64,000 bases of DNA from Elusimicrobiota bacterium. GTDB taxonomy: Bacteria > Elusimicrobiota > Elusimicrobia > UBA1565 > UBA9628. Below are positions 17,786-27,123 of this stretch, piece after piece. How positions within the stretch are numbered: the first letter of the stretch is position 1; each line of letters begins with the position of its first letter. The notes beneath the pieces were generated by a model. The model saw only the letters and a list, made by a program, of their open reading frames with translations. It was not told the origin of the DNA and did no database searches. Location of the stretch: contig JACQAZ010000038.1 of assembly GCA_016194705.1 (NCBI GenBank), positions 202,599-266,598 of the forward strand, in the 5' to 3' direction. A program made the position numbers and the translations under genes.

Positions 17786-18715
17786 TCATGATCCCAACGA
17801 AGGGCCGATCTCAGCCCAGAGCCGTGTCAGCGGCGCCGAAGGCCTGCCGACTTCGCTCACCTGATCCAAAAGGTCGAAGCTCCGCGACATCCCTTTGATC
17901 CAGCCGTTCCCATCTCGCAGAAGGGACCTCTGCTCGCCGTAGGCGCGCCTCCCGATGCGGATCTGGCCGTCATGGACGTGGCCTTCGACGGCTTCTCGAG
18001 CTTCCCCCAAGGCGTCGGCCGGCAACGATCTGTTTCTCTTCTTGGACCAGCGCGCCAGGTAGGTCAGTCCGCGCAGGGCGTCGTATTTGTAGAACCGGGG
18101 GAAGGTCAGCTTGAGCCAATCGGGGTCGATGACCTTTCCCCGGGAGGACTTGAAGACGCGATGATCGATCAGGTACTTCGCGCCTCGGTCGAGGAAAGCC
18201 TCCTCCTGAGCCGTGAAGGGCCGCGGAGTGCACAGCAGGACGGCCTCGAGCGCCGGCGCCGTCGAGACAATCGAGCTCTTCTTCGAGCCGACGTAGGCCT
18301 CGCCCTCGCAATTGAGCCCTCCGTCGGGCAGCTGGTACCGCAGCAGCCAGCGGCGCATCCACGGGAGCTCGTCGTCGAGCTCCACCCCGCAGGCGAAGAG
18401 CACCTGGAACATGGTGCCGACCGCGCAATGGCAGGCCACGTCGCGGTAGATGCCCTTGCCCGGAGGCAAGTCCTCGGCGCGGAAAGGCAGGTCCGCCGCA
18501 TAGCGCGTCTTGAGCGCCTCGGTCATCGCCTCGACCGCAGAAGCCGGGATGCGCGGGGCCCGGCCCAGCTCCCAAAGCAAAGTCATGTGCCACCACGGCG
18601 AATCCCATTTCGGCCAGTAGGGGTCCGCTTCGATGTCCGCGCGCGCATGCGCGGAGCCGAGGTAGGCGATCGACTCGGCCAGCGCGTCGACGGGCCTTAT
18701 TTGACGAACTCTCAT
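17786..18715 (-). CDS. hypothetical Trp-rich protein, possibly an alpha/alpha-toroid (prenyltransferase/terpene-cyclase-like) repeat
   Basis: 309 aa with no signal peptide. DPYWPKWDSPWWHMTLLWELG, and a QLPDGGL (QxxDGG) motif. Confidence 0.45.
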   Translation of the reverse strand: MRVRQIRPVDALAESIAYLGSAHARADIEADPYWPKWDSPWWHMTLLWELGRAPRIPASAVEAMTEALKTRYAADLPFRAEDLPPGKGIYRDVACHCAVGTMFQVLFACGVELDDELPWMRRWLLRYQLPDGGLNCEGEAYVGSKKSSIVSTAPALEAVLLCTPRPFTAQEEAFLDRGAKYLIDHRVFKSSRGKVIDPDWLKLTFPRFYKYDALRGLTYLARWSKKRNRSLPADALGEAREAVEGHVHDGQIRIGRRAYGEQRSLLRDGNGWIKGMSRSFDLLDQVSEVGRPSAPLTRLWAEIGPSLGS

Positions 18716-18737
18716 GAAAAAGCTTTAATATCCCTCT

Positions 18738-19031
18738 ATGGCACAAGCGAAGAAGTCAAAGCGCCACCGCTCCGCGCTCAAGGCGCACCGCCAGTCGGTG
18801 ACCCGCAACCTGCGAAATCGCCAGATCAAGAAGGGAGTGCGCGCCGCCGTGCGCGCCGTCTCCGACGCCGCGACGGCCAAGGACACGGGCAAGCTCTCGG
18901 AGCTGATGTCCAAGGCCTCCGCCGCGCTGGACAAGGCCGCCCGCACCGGAGCCATCCACTGGAAGGCCGCGGCCCGCAAGAAGTCCCGCCTGGCTCACCG
19001 CGCGGCTCAAGCCCTCGCGGCGGCCAAGTAG
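18738..19031 (+). CDS. rpsT: 30S ribosomal protein S20
   Basis: 97-aa basic alpha-helical protein: MAQAKKSKRHRSALKAHRQSVTRNLRNRQIKKGVRAAV... Confidence 0.85.
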   Translation: MAQAKKSKRHRSALKAHRQSVTRNLRNRQIKKGVRAAVRAVSDAATAKDTGKLSELMSKASAALDKAARTGAIHWKAAARKKSRLAHRAAQALAAAK

Positions 19032-20038
19032 TCCGGCCGACACAAATCCACGACCAGCCGCTCGAGCTCGATCCTCGGGTCGAGCCACGCCTTTGACTTG
19101 AGGTCCGTGTCGGTCTCGAGGCAGCGCTTGAGGTCGCGCAGGAGCCTCTGGTCGGAGAGCTTCTGGGCCTGGGCCAGAAAATCCTTGTCGTACCAGGCGT
19201 TGAGGCGCAGGTTTCTTAAGATCGCGTCCGGCGCGAGGCCGGCCTTGAGCATGCGCTTGGCCTTGAGCTGCTTGGTCACGGCCGAGTTGATTTGACTCAG
19301 CACGCGGAAGGCCTGCTCGTCGGCTTTGCCCTCCGACATCACGCGCCGGGCCTGGATGAGGCTCGCCTTGAGCTGACGGCTCTGGATCATGCGCGACAAG
19401 GCGAAGGGGTCGGCGGCCTTGCGGTAGCCCAGAACGGCCAAGGCGTCGGCCCCGCTGATCGAGGGCTTCTGCGCGGCGTAGAGCAGCGCCTTCTCGAGTT
19501 CCTGGGACAGCACTCCCCAATCGGTGCCGGCCTCGGCGACCAAAGCCGCGGCGGCCTCATCGGAGAGGACTTTCCCCGCCGTTCTGGCCGCGGCTTTGAG
19601 CCTCTCGACCGCCTCCTCCTCGCGCAAGGGAGAAAAAGTGCAGAGCGCTCCGGCCGCCGAGGCGGCCTTGGAGAGAGCATCCTTGGCGTCGGGCTTGCGG
19701 TCTTCCGACAGCAGCACGAGAGTCGTCGAGAGCAGAGGATCCTTGAGATACTCGGCCAGCGCGGCGCGCGCGGCCGCGGGGATCTTGGGGTTTGCGACGA
19801 TGACGAGCCGCCTCTCGGCGAAGACGGGCAAGGTCGAGCACTCAGAGACCACCGCCGCGGCTTCCTGATCGGGATCGCCGGAGAACTCGACGAGGTTGAA
19901 GGCGTCGGACTTGAAGTGCGCCTTGAGCGCGTCGAGGGCCGCGGCCTTGGCCGAGGCTTCCTCGCCGAACAAATAGTAGACCGGCCGCAGCCTCCCCGAC
20001 TTGATCTCCTTGAGCAGATCCTGCGGCCTGAGGTCCAT
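19007..20038 (-). CDS. holA: DNA polymerase III delta subunit
   Basis: N-terminus LRPVYYLFGEE. 343 aa. Sits immediately downstream of lptE/leuS as in the canonical leuS-lptE-holA arrangement. Confidence 0.75.
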   Translation of the reverse strand: MDLRPQDLLKEIKSGRLRPVYYLFGEEASAKAAALDALKAHFKSDAFNLVEFSGDPDQEAAAVVSECSTLPVFAERRLVIVANPKIPAAARAALAEYLKDPLLSTTLVLLSEDRKPDAKDALSKAASAAGALCTFSPLREEEAVERLKAAARTAGKVLSDEAAAALVAEAGTDWGVLSQELEKALLYAAQKPSISGADALAVLGYRKAADPFALSRMIQSRQLKASLIQARRVMSEGKADEQAFRVLSQINSAVTKQLKAKRMLKAGLAPDAILRNLRLNAWYDKDFLAQAQKLSDQRLLRDLKRCLETDTDLKSKAWLDPRIELERLVVDLCRPDYLAAARA

Positions 20039-20045
20039 CGTCGGC

Positions 20046-20658
20046 TCAGTACGGGTTCGGATTGACCGGGGCGATGGGCTTCTCCGGCTGGGCCGTGGGC
20101 GCCGTCGAGGGCGCGTCTCCGGTGATCCGCCTCGACGATGAGCCGGTCACGGCGCCGAAGCCCGAGACGACGCGGGTCACGACGTCCCGCGAGAGACCGT
20201 CCCAGATCAGCTCCCTGGCCTGCTCCTCGGTCATGCCGCCCGGCAAGGTCGCGGCCGCGTAGCTCTGGATGCCCTCCATGTTCTTCTCCTCCCAGAGAAT
20301 CTGGTTGCTGGCGCGGTCGATGAACTGGAGGTCTGCGATCACGCGGAGCTTGTAGGCGGTCGGGATCAAGGTGGAGTCGTACTGGATCGGCGTCAGGACG
20401 TAGCGCGTGATCGTCACGAGCACGATGCCGTCTGCGTCGTCCTCGGGCACGATGGGGTACTGCCCGCTGCGCAGGGCCTGGTCGCGGATGGCCAAGGTCA
20501 GCCGGTCCTCGAGGCCGAACTGCTGGGTCTTGTTGACCACCAGGCGAATGGCAACCTTCTTGATGTTCGACGGAAGGAGCTGGGGGGCGGGGTGGTAGGC
20601 GATGTCCTGGCCGCAGCCCCAGGCCGCGGCCAGCAAGACCAGCGAGATTCGTTTCATG
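20046..20658 (-). CDS. lptE: LPS-assembly lipoprotein LptE-like
   Basis: Lipoprotein signal MKRISLVLLAAAWGCG. About 204 aa. Sits between leuS and holA. Internal start within ORF 20046..20897. The start ATGA overlaps the leuS stop. Confidence 0.6.
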
Positions 20659-23185
20659 GGGCTCCCTTGGCTGCTTTGACGACGATGTTGACCAGGCGGT
20701 TGGGTACGACGACGACCTTGACCACGGTGCTGCCGTTGAGAAGGGCCTTGACCTTGTCCAGGGCCAGGGCCGCGGCTTTGACGGCTTCTTGCGCGGCGTC
20801 GGCCTCGAAAGAGAAGGTCGCGCGCACCTTGCCGTTGACCTGCACCGCGTACTCGACCGTGGCGTCCTTGAGGTATTTCTCTTCGTAATGCGGCCACGCC
20901 TGACGGGCGAGGGTTTCCTTGTGGCCCAGTCGCTCCCAGAGCTCCTCGGTCAGGTGCGGCGCGAACGGGTGAAGCAAGGTCAAGAGAGCCTCCAAATCGG
21001 CGCGGGCGGGGGATTTCTGGGCCTGAAGCTCGTTGCGGTACTCCATGAGCTTGGCGATCGCGGTGTTGAAGCCGAAGGAACCGATGTCGTCGGTGACCTT
21101 CTTGATCGTGCGGTGGCGCAAGGTGATGAGCCCCGTGCCCGGCGGCGGCTCGGGATGGTCGCAGACGAGCACCCAGACGCTGCGCAGGAACCGGCTGACG
21201 CCCTCGATGGAGCGCATGTCCCAGGGCTTGGCGTCCTCGAAGGGCCCCATGAACATCTCGTAGAGGCGAAACGCGTCGGCCCCGTATCTCTTAAGCACGG
21301 CGTCGGGATTGACGACGTTCTTCTTCGACTTGGACATCTTCTCGACTTGAGAGGCGAGCTTCTCGCTCGTGGAGGCGAGCACGGCGGCGCCGGACTCGTC
21401 GTACTCGACCTCGTCGTAGGAATGGTAGGCGCCCTTGGCGTCCCGGTGGGAGTACGAGAGGATCATCCCTTGATGGCGCAGCTTCTGGAAGGGCTCGGGC
21501 GTGGAGACATATCCGAGGTCCCAAAGCACTTTGTGCCAAAACCGTGCGTAGAGCAGGTGCAGGACCGCGTGCTCGGCGCCGCCGACGTAGCAGTCGACCG
21601 GCATCCACGACTTCTCGATCTCCCGGGCCCATGCGAAGTCGGCGTTCTTGGGATCGAGATAGCGCAGATAGTACCAGCACGAGCCCGCCCACTGCGGCAT
21701 CGTGTTGGTCTCGCGCTTGGCCGCACCCCCGCATTGAGGGCAGTTCGTCTTGACCCACTCGTCGATGGCCGCCAGCGGCGACTCGCCGGTCCCCGTGGGC
21801 TTATAATCCTTTACGTCGGGAAGCAAGACGGGCAAATCCTTCTCGGGGACGGAGATCTTGCCGCATTTGGCGCAGTGGACGATCGGGATCGGCTCGCCCC
21901 AGTAGCGCTGGCGCGAGAAGAGCCAGTCGCGCAACTTGTACTGCACCGTGGCTTTTCCCAGCTTGTTTTGCTCAAGCCACGCGACGATCTTCTTCTTCGC
22001 CTCGGGCGTCGGCAGGCCCTCGAAGAGCGGCGAATTGACGGCTACGCCGTCCTCGGTGAACGCTCCAGCCGGCCATTTCGAACCCGTGGCTGGCTGGACG
22101 ACCTGGATGATCTGGAGGTGGTATTTGTCCGCGAAGGCCCAGTCCCGCTCGTCGTGGGCGGGCACGGCCATGATGGCGCCAGTGCCGTAGCCGGCCAGGA
22201 CGTAGTCGGCGATCCACACGGGGATCTTCTTCTGATTGACGGGGTTGACGGCGTAAGAACCCGTGAACACGCCGGTCTTCTCCTTCTGGAGCTCGGTGCG
22301 TTCGAGATCTGATTTGCTTCTGGCCGAGTCGACGTAGTCGGCGACCGCCGCCTTCTGCGCCGGGCCGGTGATTTCGGCCACAAATGGATGCTCGGGTGCG
22401 AGGACCATGTAGGTCGCGCCGTAGAGCGTGTCGGGACGGGTCGTGAAGACGAGAAGGTCCTTGCCGTTCTCCAGCTTGAAGCGGACTTCCGCCCCTTCGG
22501 AGCGTCCGATCCAGTGGCGCTGCATGGCGAGCGTGCTCGCGGGCCAGTCGAGGCCGTCGAGGTCGCCTTCGAGGCGGTCGGCGTAGGCGGTGATCTTGAG
22601 CACCCATTGGCGCAGGTTCTTGCGCTCGACCCTTGTCCCGCAGCGCTCGCACGCCCCCGCGAAGACCTCCTCGTTGGCCAGGCCGGTCTTGCAGGAGGGG
22701 CACCAATTGATGGGGGCGGTCGCCTCGTAGGCGAGCCCCTTCTTGAAGAGCTGGAGGAAGATCCACTGAGTCCACTTGTAGTAGGCCGGATCGGTCGTGT
22801 CGACCTCGCGGTCCCAGTCGTAGGAGAAGCCGAGCGCCTGGATCTGGCGCTTGAAATTGGCGACGTTGCTCTGCGTGACGGCGCGCGGATGGATCCCCTT
22901 CGAGATCGCGAAGTTCTCGGCCGGAAGCCCGAAGGCGTCCCAGCCCATGGGGTGCAGGACGTCGAAGTCCTGCATCCTCTTGGCGCGGCACAGGATGTCG
23001 GTGGCGGTGTAGCCTTCGGGATGGCCCACGTGCAGGCCGTCGGCTGACGGGTAGGGGAACATGTCGAGGCAGTAGAACTTGCGCCCCGGGCGCGGGCGCT
23101 CGGGGGCCTTGAAGGCCTTGTCCTTGGCCCAGCGCGCCTGCCACTTCGCCTCGAGGTCGGCGAAAGGGATCTGCTCCGTCTTCAC
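20654..23185 (-). CDS. leuS: leucine--tRNA ligase
   Basis: HVGHPEGY (HIGH) motif, KMSKSKKN (KMSKS) motif, and a CP1 editing domain. 843 aa. Confidence 0.95.
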   Translation of the reverse strand: MKTEQIPFADLEAKWQARWAKDKAFKAPERPRPGRKFYCLDMFPYPSADGLHVGHPEGYTATDILCRAKRMQDFDVLHPMGWDAFGLPAENFAISKGIHPRAVTQSNVANFKRQIQALGFSYDWDREVDTTDPAYYKWTQWIFLQLFKKGLAYEATAPINWCPSCKTGLANEEVFAGACERCGTRVERKNLRQWVLKITAYADRLEGDLDGLDWPASTLAMQRHWIGRSEGAEVRFKLENGKDLLVFTTRPDTLYGATYMVLAPEHPFVAEITGPAQKAAVADYVDSARSKSDLERTELQKEKTGVFTGSYAVNPVNQKKIPVWIADYVLAGYGTGAIMAVPAHDERDWAFADKYHLQIIQVVQPATGSKWPAGAFTEDGVAVNSPLFEGLPTPEAKKKIVAWLEQNKLGKATVQYKLRDWLFSRQRYWGEPIPIVHCAKCGKISVPEKDLPVLLPDVKDYKPTGTGESPLAAIDEWVKTNCPQCGGAAKRETNTMPQWAGSCWYYLRYLDPKNADFAWAREIEKSWMPVDCYVGGAEHAVLHLLYARFWHKVLWDLGYVSTPEPFQKLRHQGMILSYSHRDAKGAYHSYDEVEYDESGAAVLASTSEKLASQVEKMSKSKKNVVNPDAVLKRYGADAFRLYEMFMGPFEDAKPWDMRSIEGVSRFLRSVWVLVCDHPEPPPGTGLITLRHRTIKKVTDDIGSFGFNTAIAKLMEYRNELQAQKSPARADLEALLTLLHPFAPHLTEELWERLGHKETLARQAWPHYEEKYLKDATVEYAVQVNGKVRATFSFEADAAQEAVKAAALALDKVKALLNGSTVVKVVVVPNRLVNIVVKAAKGAP

Positions 23186-23220
23186 CCTGGAATTATATCA
23201 ATCCGACGAGGGCTTCGGGC

Positions 23221-23697
23221 TCATTTCAGGCTGAAGACGCGCAGCGGCCGGCCGGGAGCGGCCTCGAGGGGTTCGACCTCGCTGAAGGCGAACGTCTCGG
23301 CGCAGAGGGCGCGCGTGGCCTCCGCGATGAGGACCCCCGCCTTGCGCGCTGGAGCCAGCCGGCACAGCGTCCGGCTCGTGGCGGGGTCATCCGAGATCCC
23401 GATGCAAATCCTCAGCGAGAGGCCGGAGGCGGCGTTGTACGCGCCGAGCCCCTTGAGCTGGCGCTGGGCGGCGCGGCAGGCCGAGATGGCCGCCATCTGG
23501 GGGCTCTGGGACACCAGGCCTCCCCAGATCGCGCTGACTTGATCGCCGAGAAACCTTTCCACGAAGCCGTGCTCGGCTTCGATGGTCTCATGCATGAGCT
23601 TCTTGTATTCGCCGAGGATCGCGCTGAGCTCCGCGGGGTCGCGGCTCTCGGCGAGCTTGGCGACATCCTGGAGACTCGCGGCGTAGTGGGTCGGCAT
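23221..23697 (-). CDS. class III nucleotidyl-cyclase-like domain protein, N-terminally short (likely non-catalytic)
   Basis: HGFVERFLGDQVSAIWG ... LRICIGISDDP ... AGVLIAEATRAL ... PLRVFSL aligns with the adenylate/guanylate cyclase catalytic core. It lacks the first metal-binding FxDIxGFT segment. Confidence 0.45.
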   Translation of the reverse strand: MPTHYAASLQDVAKLAESRDPAELSAILGEYKKLMHETIEAEHGFVERFLGDQVSAIWGGLVSQSPQMAAISACRAAQRQLKGLGAYNAASGLSLRICIGISDDPATSRTLCRLAPARKAGVLIAEATRALCAETFAFSEVEPLEAAPGRPLRVFSLK

Positions 23698-23745
23698 GAC
23701 GCAAGGTGCATCTTACCAAATGCGCAAGATTTGCCATAATGGCCG

Positions 23746-24967
23746 CATGCGCCGCAGCCTCCTGCAGCTGGTCCACGAGCTCACCCAGCGCGCCCTGGCT
23801 CCGGGCGAGGCTCAGGGCTTCTGGAAGTTTCTGGCGGAGCGGCTCATCGAGTATTTCGGCTGCGAGCGGGCGACGATCTTCCAGCGCGACGCCAAGGACC
23901 GCCTGGTCTCCCGCTACGCGCACGGACTCAAGGAGCCGCTGGTGATACCGCCCGGCGAGGGCATCTCGGGCTGGGTGGCGGAATGCTGCAAGCCGCACTT
24001 GGCCAACGACGTCTACGAGGACCCGCTCTTCAATCCCCAGATCGACCAGACGACGCGCTTCCGCACCAAGAGCCTGCTGGCGTTCCCCTTGCCCTACAAG
24101 GGCCGAGCCGCCGGGGTCGTGGAGCTGATCAACAAGCCCGGCGGCTTTTCGAAGTCCGACATGAGGGCCGTCAAGTTCTTCGGCGACGAGCTCGCGGTGC
24201 TCTTCGTCAAGTTCAGGTTCGAGGAGCGCCAGGAGCAGATGACGCGCCAGCTCGTGCAGAACGAGAAGATGGCGGCGATGGGGCGCCTGGCCTCGGGGAT
24301 CGCGCACGAGCTCAACAATCCCCTGGCCACCGTGATGGGCTTCTCCCAGCTCCTGCTGCGGGACTCGCGCACGCCTCCCGAGATCATGGCCACGATCCTC
24401 AAGATCGACGCGGAGGCGCGGCGCATGCGCGAGATCGTGCGCAGCATACTGACCTTCGCACGCGCCTCGACCGAACAGGCCGAGCCCGTGAGGCTCTCGG
24501 CGGTCATCGACGCGAGCCTTGAGCTTCTCACGCACGAGCGCCGCCGCAGGGGAGTCAACATCATCAAGGAGATCCCGACGCCCGAGCCGGTCGTTTTGGG
24601 CGACGCGAACAACCTCAAGCAGGTCTATCTCAACTTGATCGGCAACGCCCTGCACGCCTTGGAGGGGCAGCCTGACCGGCGGATCATCCTGAGGGTGTTC
24701 CGCGATCCCAAGCGCCAGGCCGCGGTCTCGGAGGTCGAGGACAACGGCCCCGGCATCCCGGAGAAGATCCTGGAACACATCTTCGAGCCGTTCTTCACGA
24801 CCAAGGAGGAGGGCAAGGGGACGGGCCTGGGCCTCTACGTCGTCAGCGGCATCGTCGAGAAGCACAAAGGCTTCATCACGGTGACGAGCAGGCCCGGCTG
24901 CACGGTCTTCCGGGTCAGCCTTCCCGCCGCCAAGAGCTCAGAGCCGTCCCCGCCAGCCAAGCCATGA
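23746..24967 (+). CDS. GAF-domain sensor histidine kinase
   Basis: GAF (GISGWVAE...GVVELINK), an HisKA H-box ([19 protein letters not shown]), and HATPase_c N/G boxes ([26 protein letters not shown]). Confidence 0.8.
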
Positions 24968-25560
24968 GGCAGGGCACCAGGCCCGCGTTGCTCCAGAACA
25001 GTCCCGGCGTCGAGTCGGCCAGCGAGGCCGCGGTGAGCCAGGCCCCGAAAGCTACGACCCCCCAGCCCGCGCCCACGGTCCAGCGCGGATAAGCGCTTCT
25101 TGTGGGCCGGAGCAGGAGACCCGCCGCCGCGGTGTAGAGCCCGTTGGCAAGACCGCCGGTCAGCAGGACCGCCTCGCGGTGAACGCGCAGGAAGCTCGCG
25201 GTCGCCGCCCTGGCGGCCAAGCCCGGAAGGACAAAGACCTCGATTCCCTGGGCCGTCCAGTCGCAGGCGACTGCGAGCAGCGCGACGCAGACGGCGAGCC
25301 AGCCCAGGATGCCCAGCTCCCGGGAGTGAGCTTGGGCGAAGCAGGAATAGAAGACGAGGATCGAGGCTCCGGCCATGGTCCAAGGCAGCCAGCCGAGCGC
25401 CCAGAGCCAGCGGTGGTCCATCAGGAACTGCAGGCGGTCGGCGAGATCGCCGTTGGTCTGGAGCCCGCGGCTCAAGATCAGCAGCATCGAGAGTCCCGCG
25501 ACGAGGTGCAGGGCCAGCGCGGCCCAGGCCGAGAGACTCAGGCGTTTCGAGGGGCTCACG
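24915..25560 (-). CDS. hypothetical polytopic membrane protein
   Basis: About 215 aa from a GTG start that overlaps the upstream stop (GTGA). 5-6 hydrophobic helices. The upstream part of ORF 24915..25826 overlaps the preceding gene and is rejected. Confidence 0.5.
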
Positions 25561-26671
25561 CCGGGACCTCTTCCATAGAGAAAATTAGCCCGCGCTCTCT
25601 GCATTCTTCTTCGAGCTCCCGCCGGCCGAGCCAGCCGTCGAGCGGGATGAGTCCTTCGAAAGCGCGCGGGTCGGCGGCGAGCTTCGGAGCTAGGATCGCG
25701 GCGGCAAGAGCCGGGATGATCTCTCCGGCGCGTTCGGCCACGATGCAGGCGCGGCGCCGGATCGGGGATCCCTGCCGTTTTCCGGAGACTTCCACGCCGA
25801 GGGCTCCCGCGGCGGTTCCCAAACAACCGAGGGTCTTGAGTCCGAGAGAGAACGCCGGAGCCATGGCGGTCCAGTCGAAGGCGAGTTCCTTCGAGAGCCA
25901 GGCCAGCAGCGAGGCCGCCCTGTTCTGCCAGGAGGACTCGGCGCCGGCGCGGAACTGCACGCGCCGCGCGTTGAAGAGAGGGGGAAACAGCTCGTGGTCG
26001 GCGACGTCGACGAGGTAGCCTTCGCGAGTACCGACGGGGGGAGGGAAGCGTAACAGGCGCGGCTCGGACCAGCCCAAGGTCTTGCGCCAGCGCCCGTCGT
26101 CCCAGATCCGCATGGGCTTGGACAACGAGTCGAGCAGCGAGGCCACGGTGGCGGCGCCGCGGGCGCCGCGCCCCCCGGGCGCGATCTGAATCTGGATCTC
26201 CTCGATGGTCTCGAGATCCTCGGCGGCCAGTCTCGCGAGGAGGCCCGACAGTGCGGGCGCGCTCGACCAGCCGACGCCGGCCGCGGATCCCGGAGGACGA
26301 GCAGAGACCAGCGCCCGGGCTCGGCGCACGAAGCCGCGGTCGTCGGCGAGGTCGAGATACGGGATCTCGCGGTGCAGGCAGGCCTCGAGCAGGTTCATCG
26401 GCAGGCTTTGGTAGGGGCCCGCGGCGCAGACCGCCGCCGAGACGCCGGTCAGCGCCGAATCGACGGACCGGAGGTCGCGAAGGTCGCAGAGCGCGGGAAC
26501 GAGCCGGTCGCGCTCGGAGGGTTCGAGGCCGTCTTGGAGCTCGGCCATGCGCGTGCGCCCGCGGCCTCCCGCGAGCACGCGGCAGGGACTGCGGCGCAAT
26601 AGATCATGGACGAGCGCGCGGCCGAAAGCTCCGAAGGCGCCGACGACGAGAATCGCGGCGGGAGACGCCAT
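25556..26671 (-). CDS. saccharopine-dehydrogenase-like NAD(P)-binding oxidoreductase
   Basis: N-terminal Rossmann motif MASPAAILVVGAFGAFGRALVHDL. Internal start within ORF 25556..26755. Confidence 0.6.
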   Translation of the reverse strand: MASPAAILVVGAFGAFGRALVHDLLRRSPCRVLAGGRGRTRMAELQDGLEPSERDRLVPALCDLRDLRSVDSALTGVSAAVCAAGPYQSLPMNLLEACLHREIPYLDLADDRGFVRRARALVSARPPGSAAGVGWSSAPALSGLLARLAAEDLETIEEIQIQIAPGGRGARGAATVASLLDSLSKPMRIWDDGRWRKTLGWSEPRLLRFPPPVGTREGYLVDVADHELFPPLFNARRVQFRAGAESSWQNRAASLLAWLSKELAFDWTAMAPAFSLGLKTLGCLGTAAGALGVEVSGKRQGSPIRRRACIVAERAGEIIPALAAAILAPKLAADPRAFEGLIPLDGWLGRRELEEECRERGLIFSMEEVPA

Positions 26672-26673
26672 GG

Positions 26674-27123
26674 TCAGCCCCAGCCGCGCAAGCCGACGCG
26701 CAGTAAGAGCACGGTCCGGGCGCTCCAGCCCAGCACCCGCACCCAGTTGGCGCATGCCAGCTGATGCAAAAGCCCGGCGTCGAATCCGCGGACCAAGGAC
26801 AGGTGCGCGGGGAACTGCGAGAATGCAGTCGAGCCCCAGATGATCGCGAGCAGCACGGCTCCCAACCAGGCCTCTCCCTTGCGGACGGCGGCGGGCCTGC
26901 GCAGCAGGATGATGACTCCCGTCAAGGCTTCCAGGATCATGACGGGACCCGCGACCGAGGCGGTGCGCGCGATGTTCGCGCGCTCGTACGCCGCGAAGGT
27001 CTCCGAGCCGACAAGCGCGAAGAGGGGGTAGTGCACGACTTGAACGAACCAGATGACTCCGGTCATGAACAAGGTCGCCCCGGCATGGAGCAGGAGCAGG
27101 AGTCTGGCGCCGCGGTCCATCAT
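26674..27123 (-). CDS. small 4-TM membrane protein (DUF1772-like)
   Basis: MMDRGARLLLLLHAGATLFMTGVIWFVQVVHYPLFALV..., about 150 aa. The start ATGA overlaps the upstream ligase stop. Confidence 0.5.
   Translation of the reverse strand: MMDRGARLLLLLHAGATLFMTGVIWFVQVVHYPLFALVGSETFAAYERANIARTASVAGPVMILEALTGVIILLRRPAAVRKGEAWLGAVLLAIIWGSTAFSQFPAHLSLVRGFDAGLLHQLACANWVRVLGWSARTVLLLRVGLRGWG

Noticed and set aside
20789-23144. ORFs 20789..22312 (+) and 21972..23144 (-, alternative frame) across leuS
   Set aside because: leuS is supported by HIGH/KMSKS and full-length collinearity. The others are R/G-rich artefacts.
23588-24865. 425-aa minus-strand ORF antisense to the GAF histidine kinase
   Set aside because: No motifs, overlaps a well-supported kinase. 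High-GC antisense ORF.
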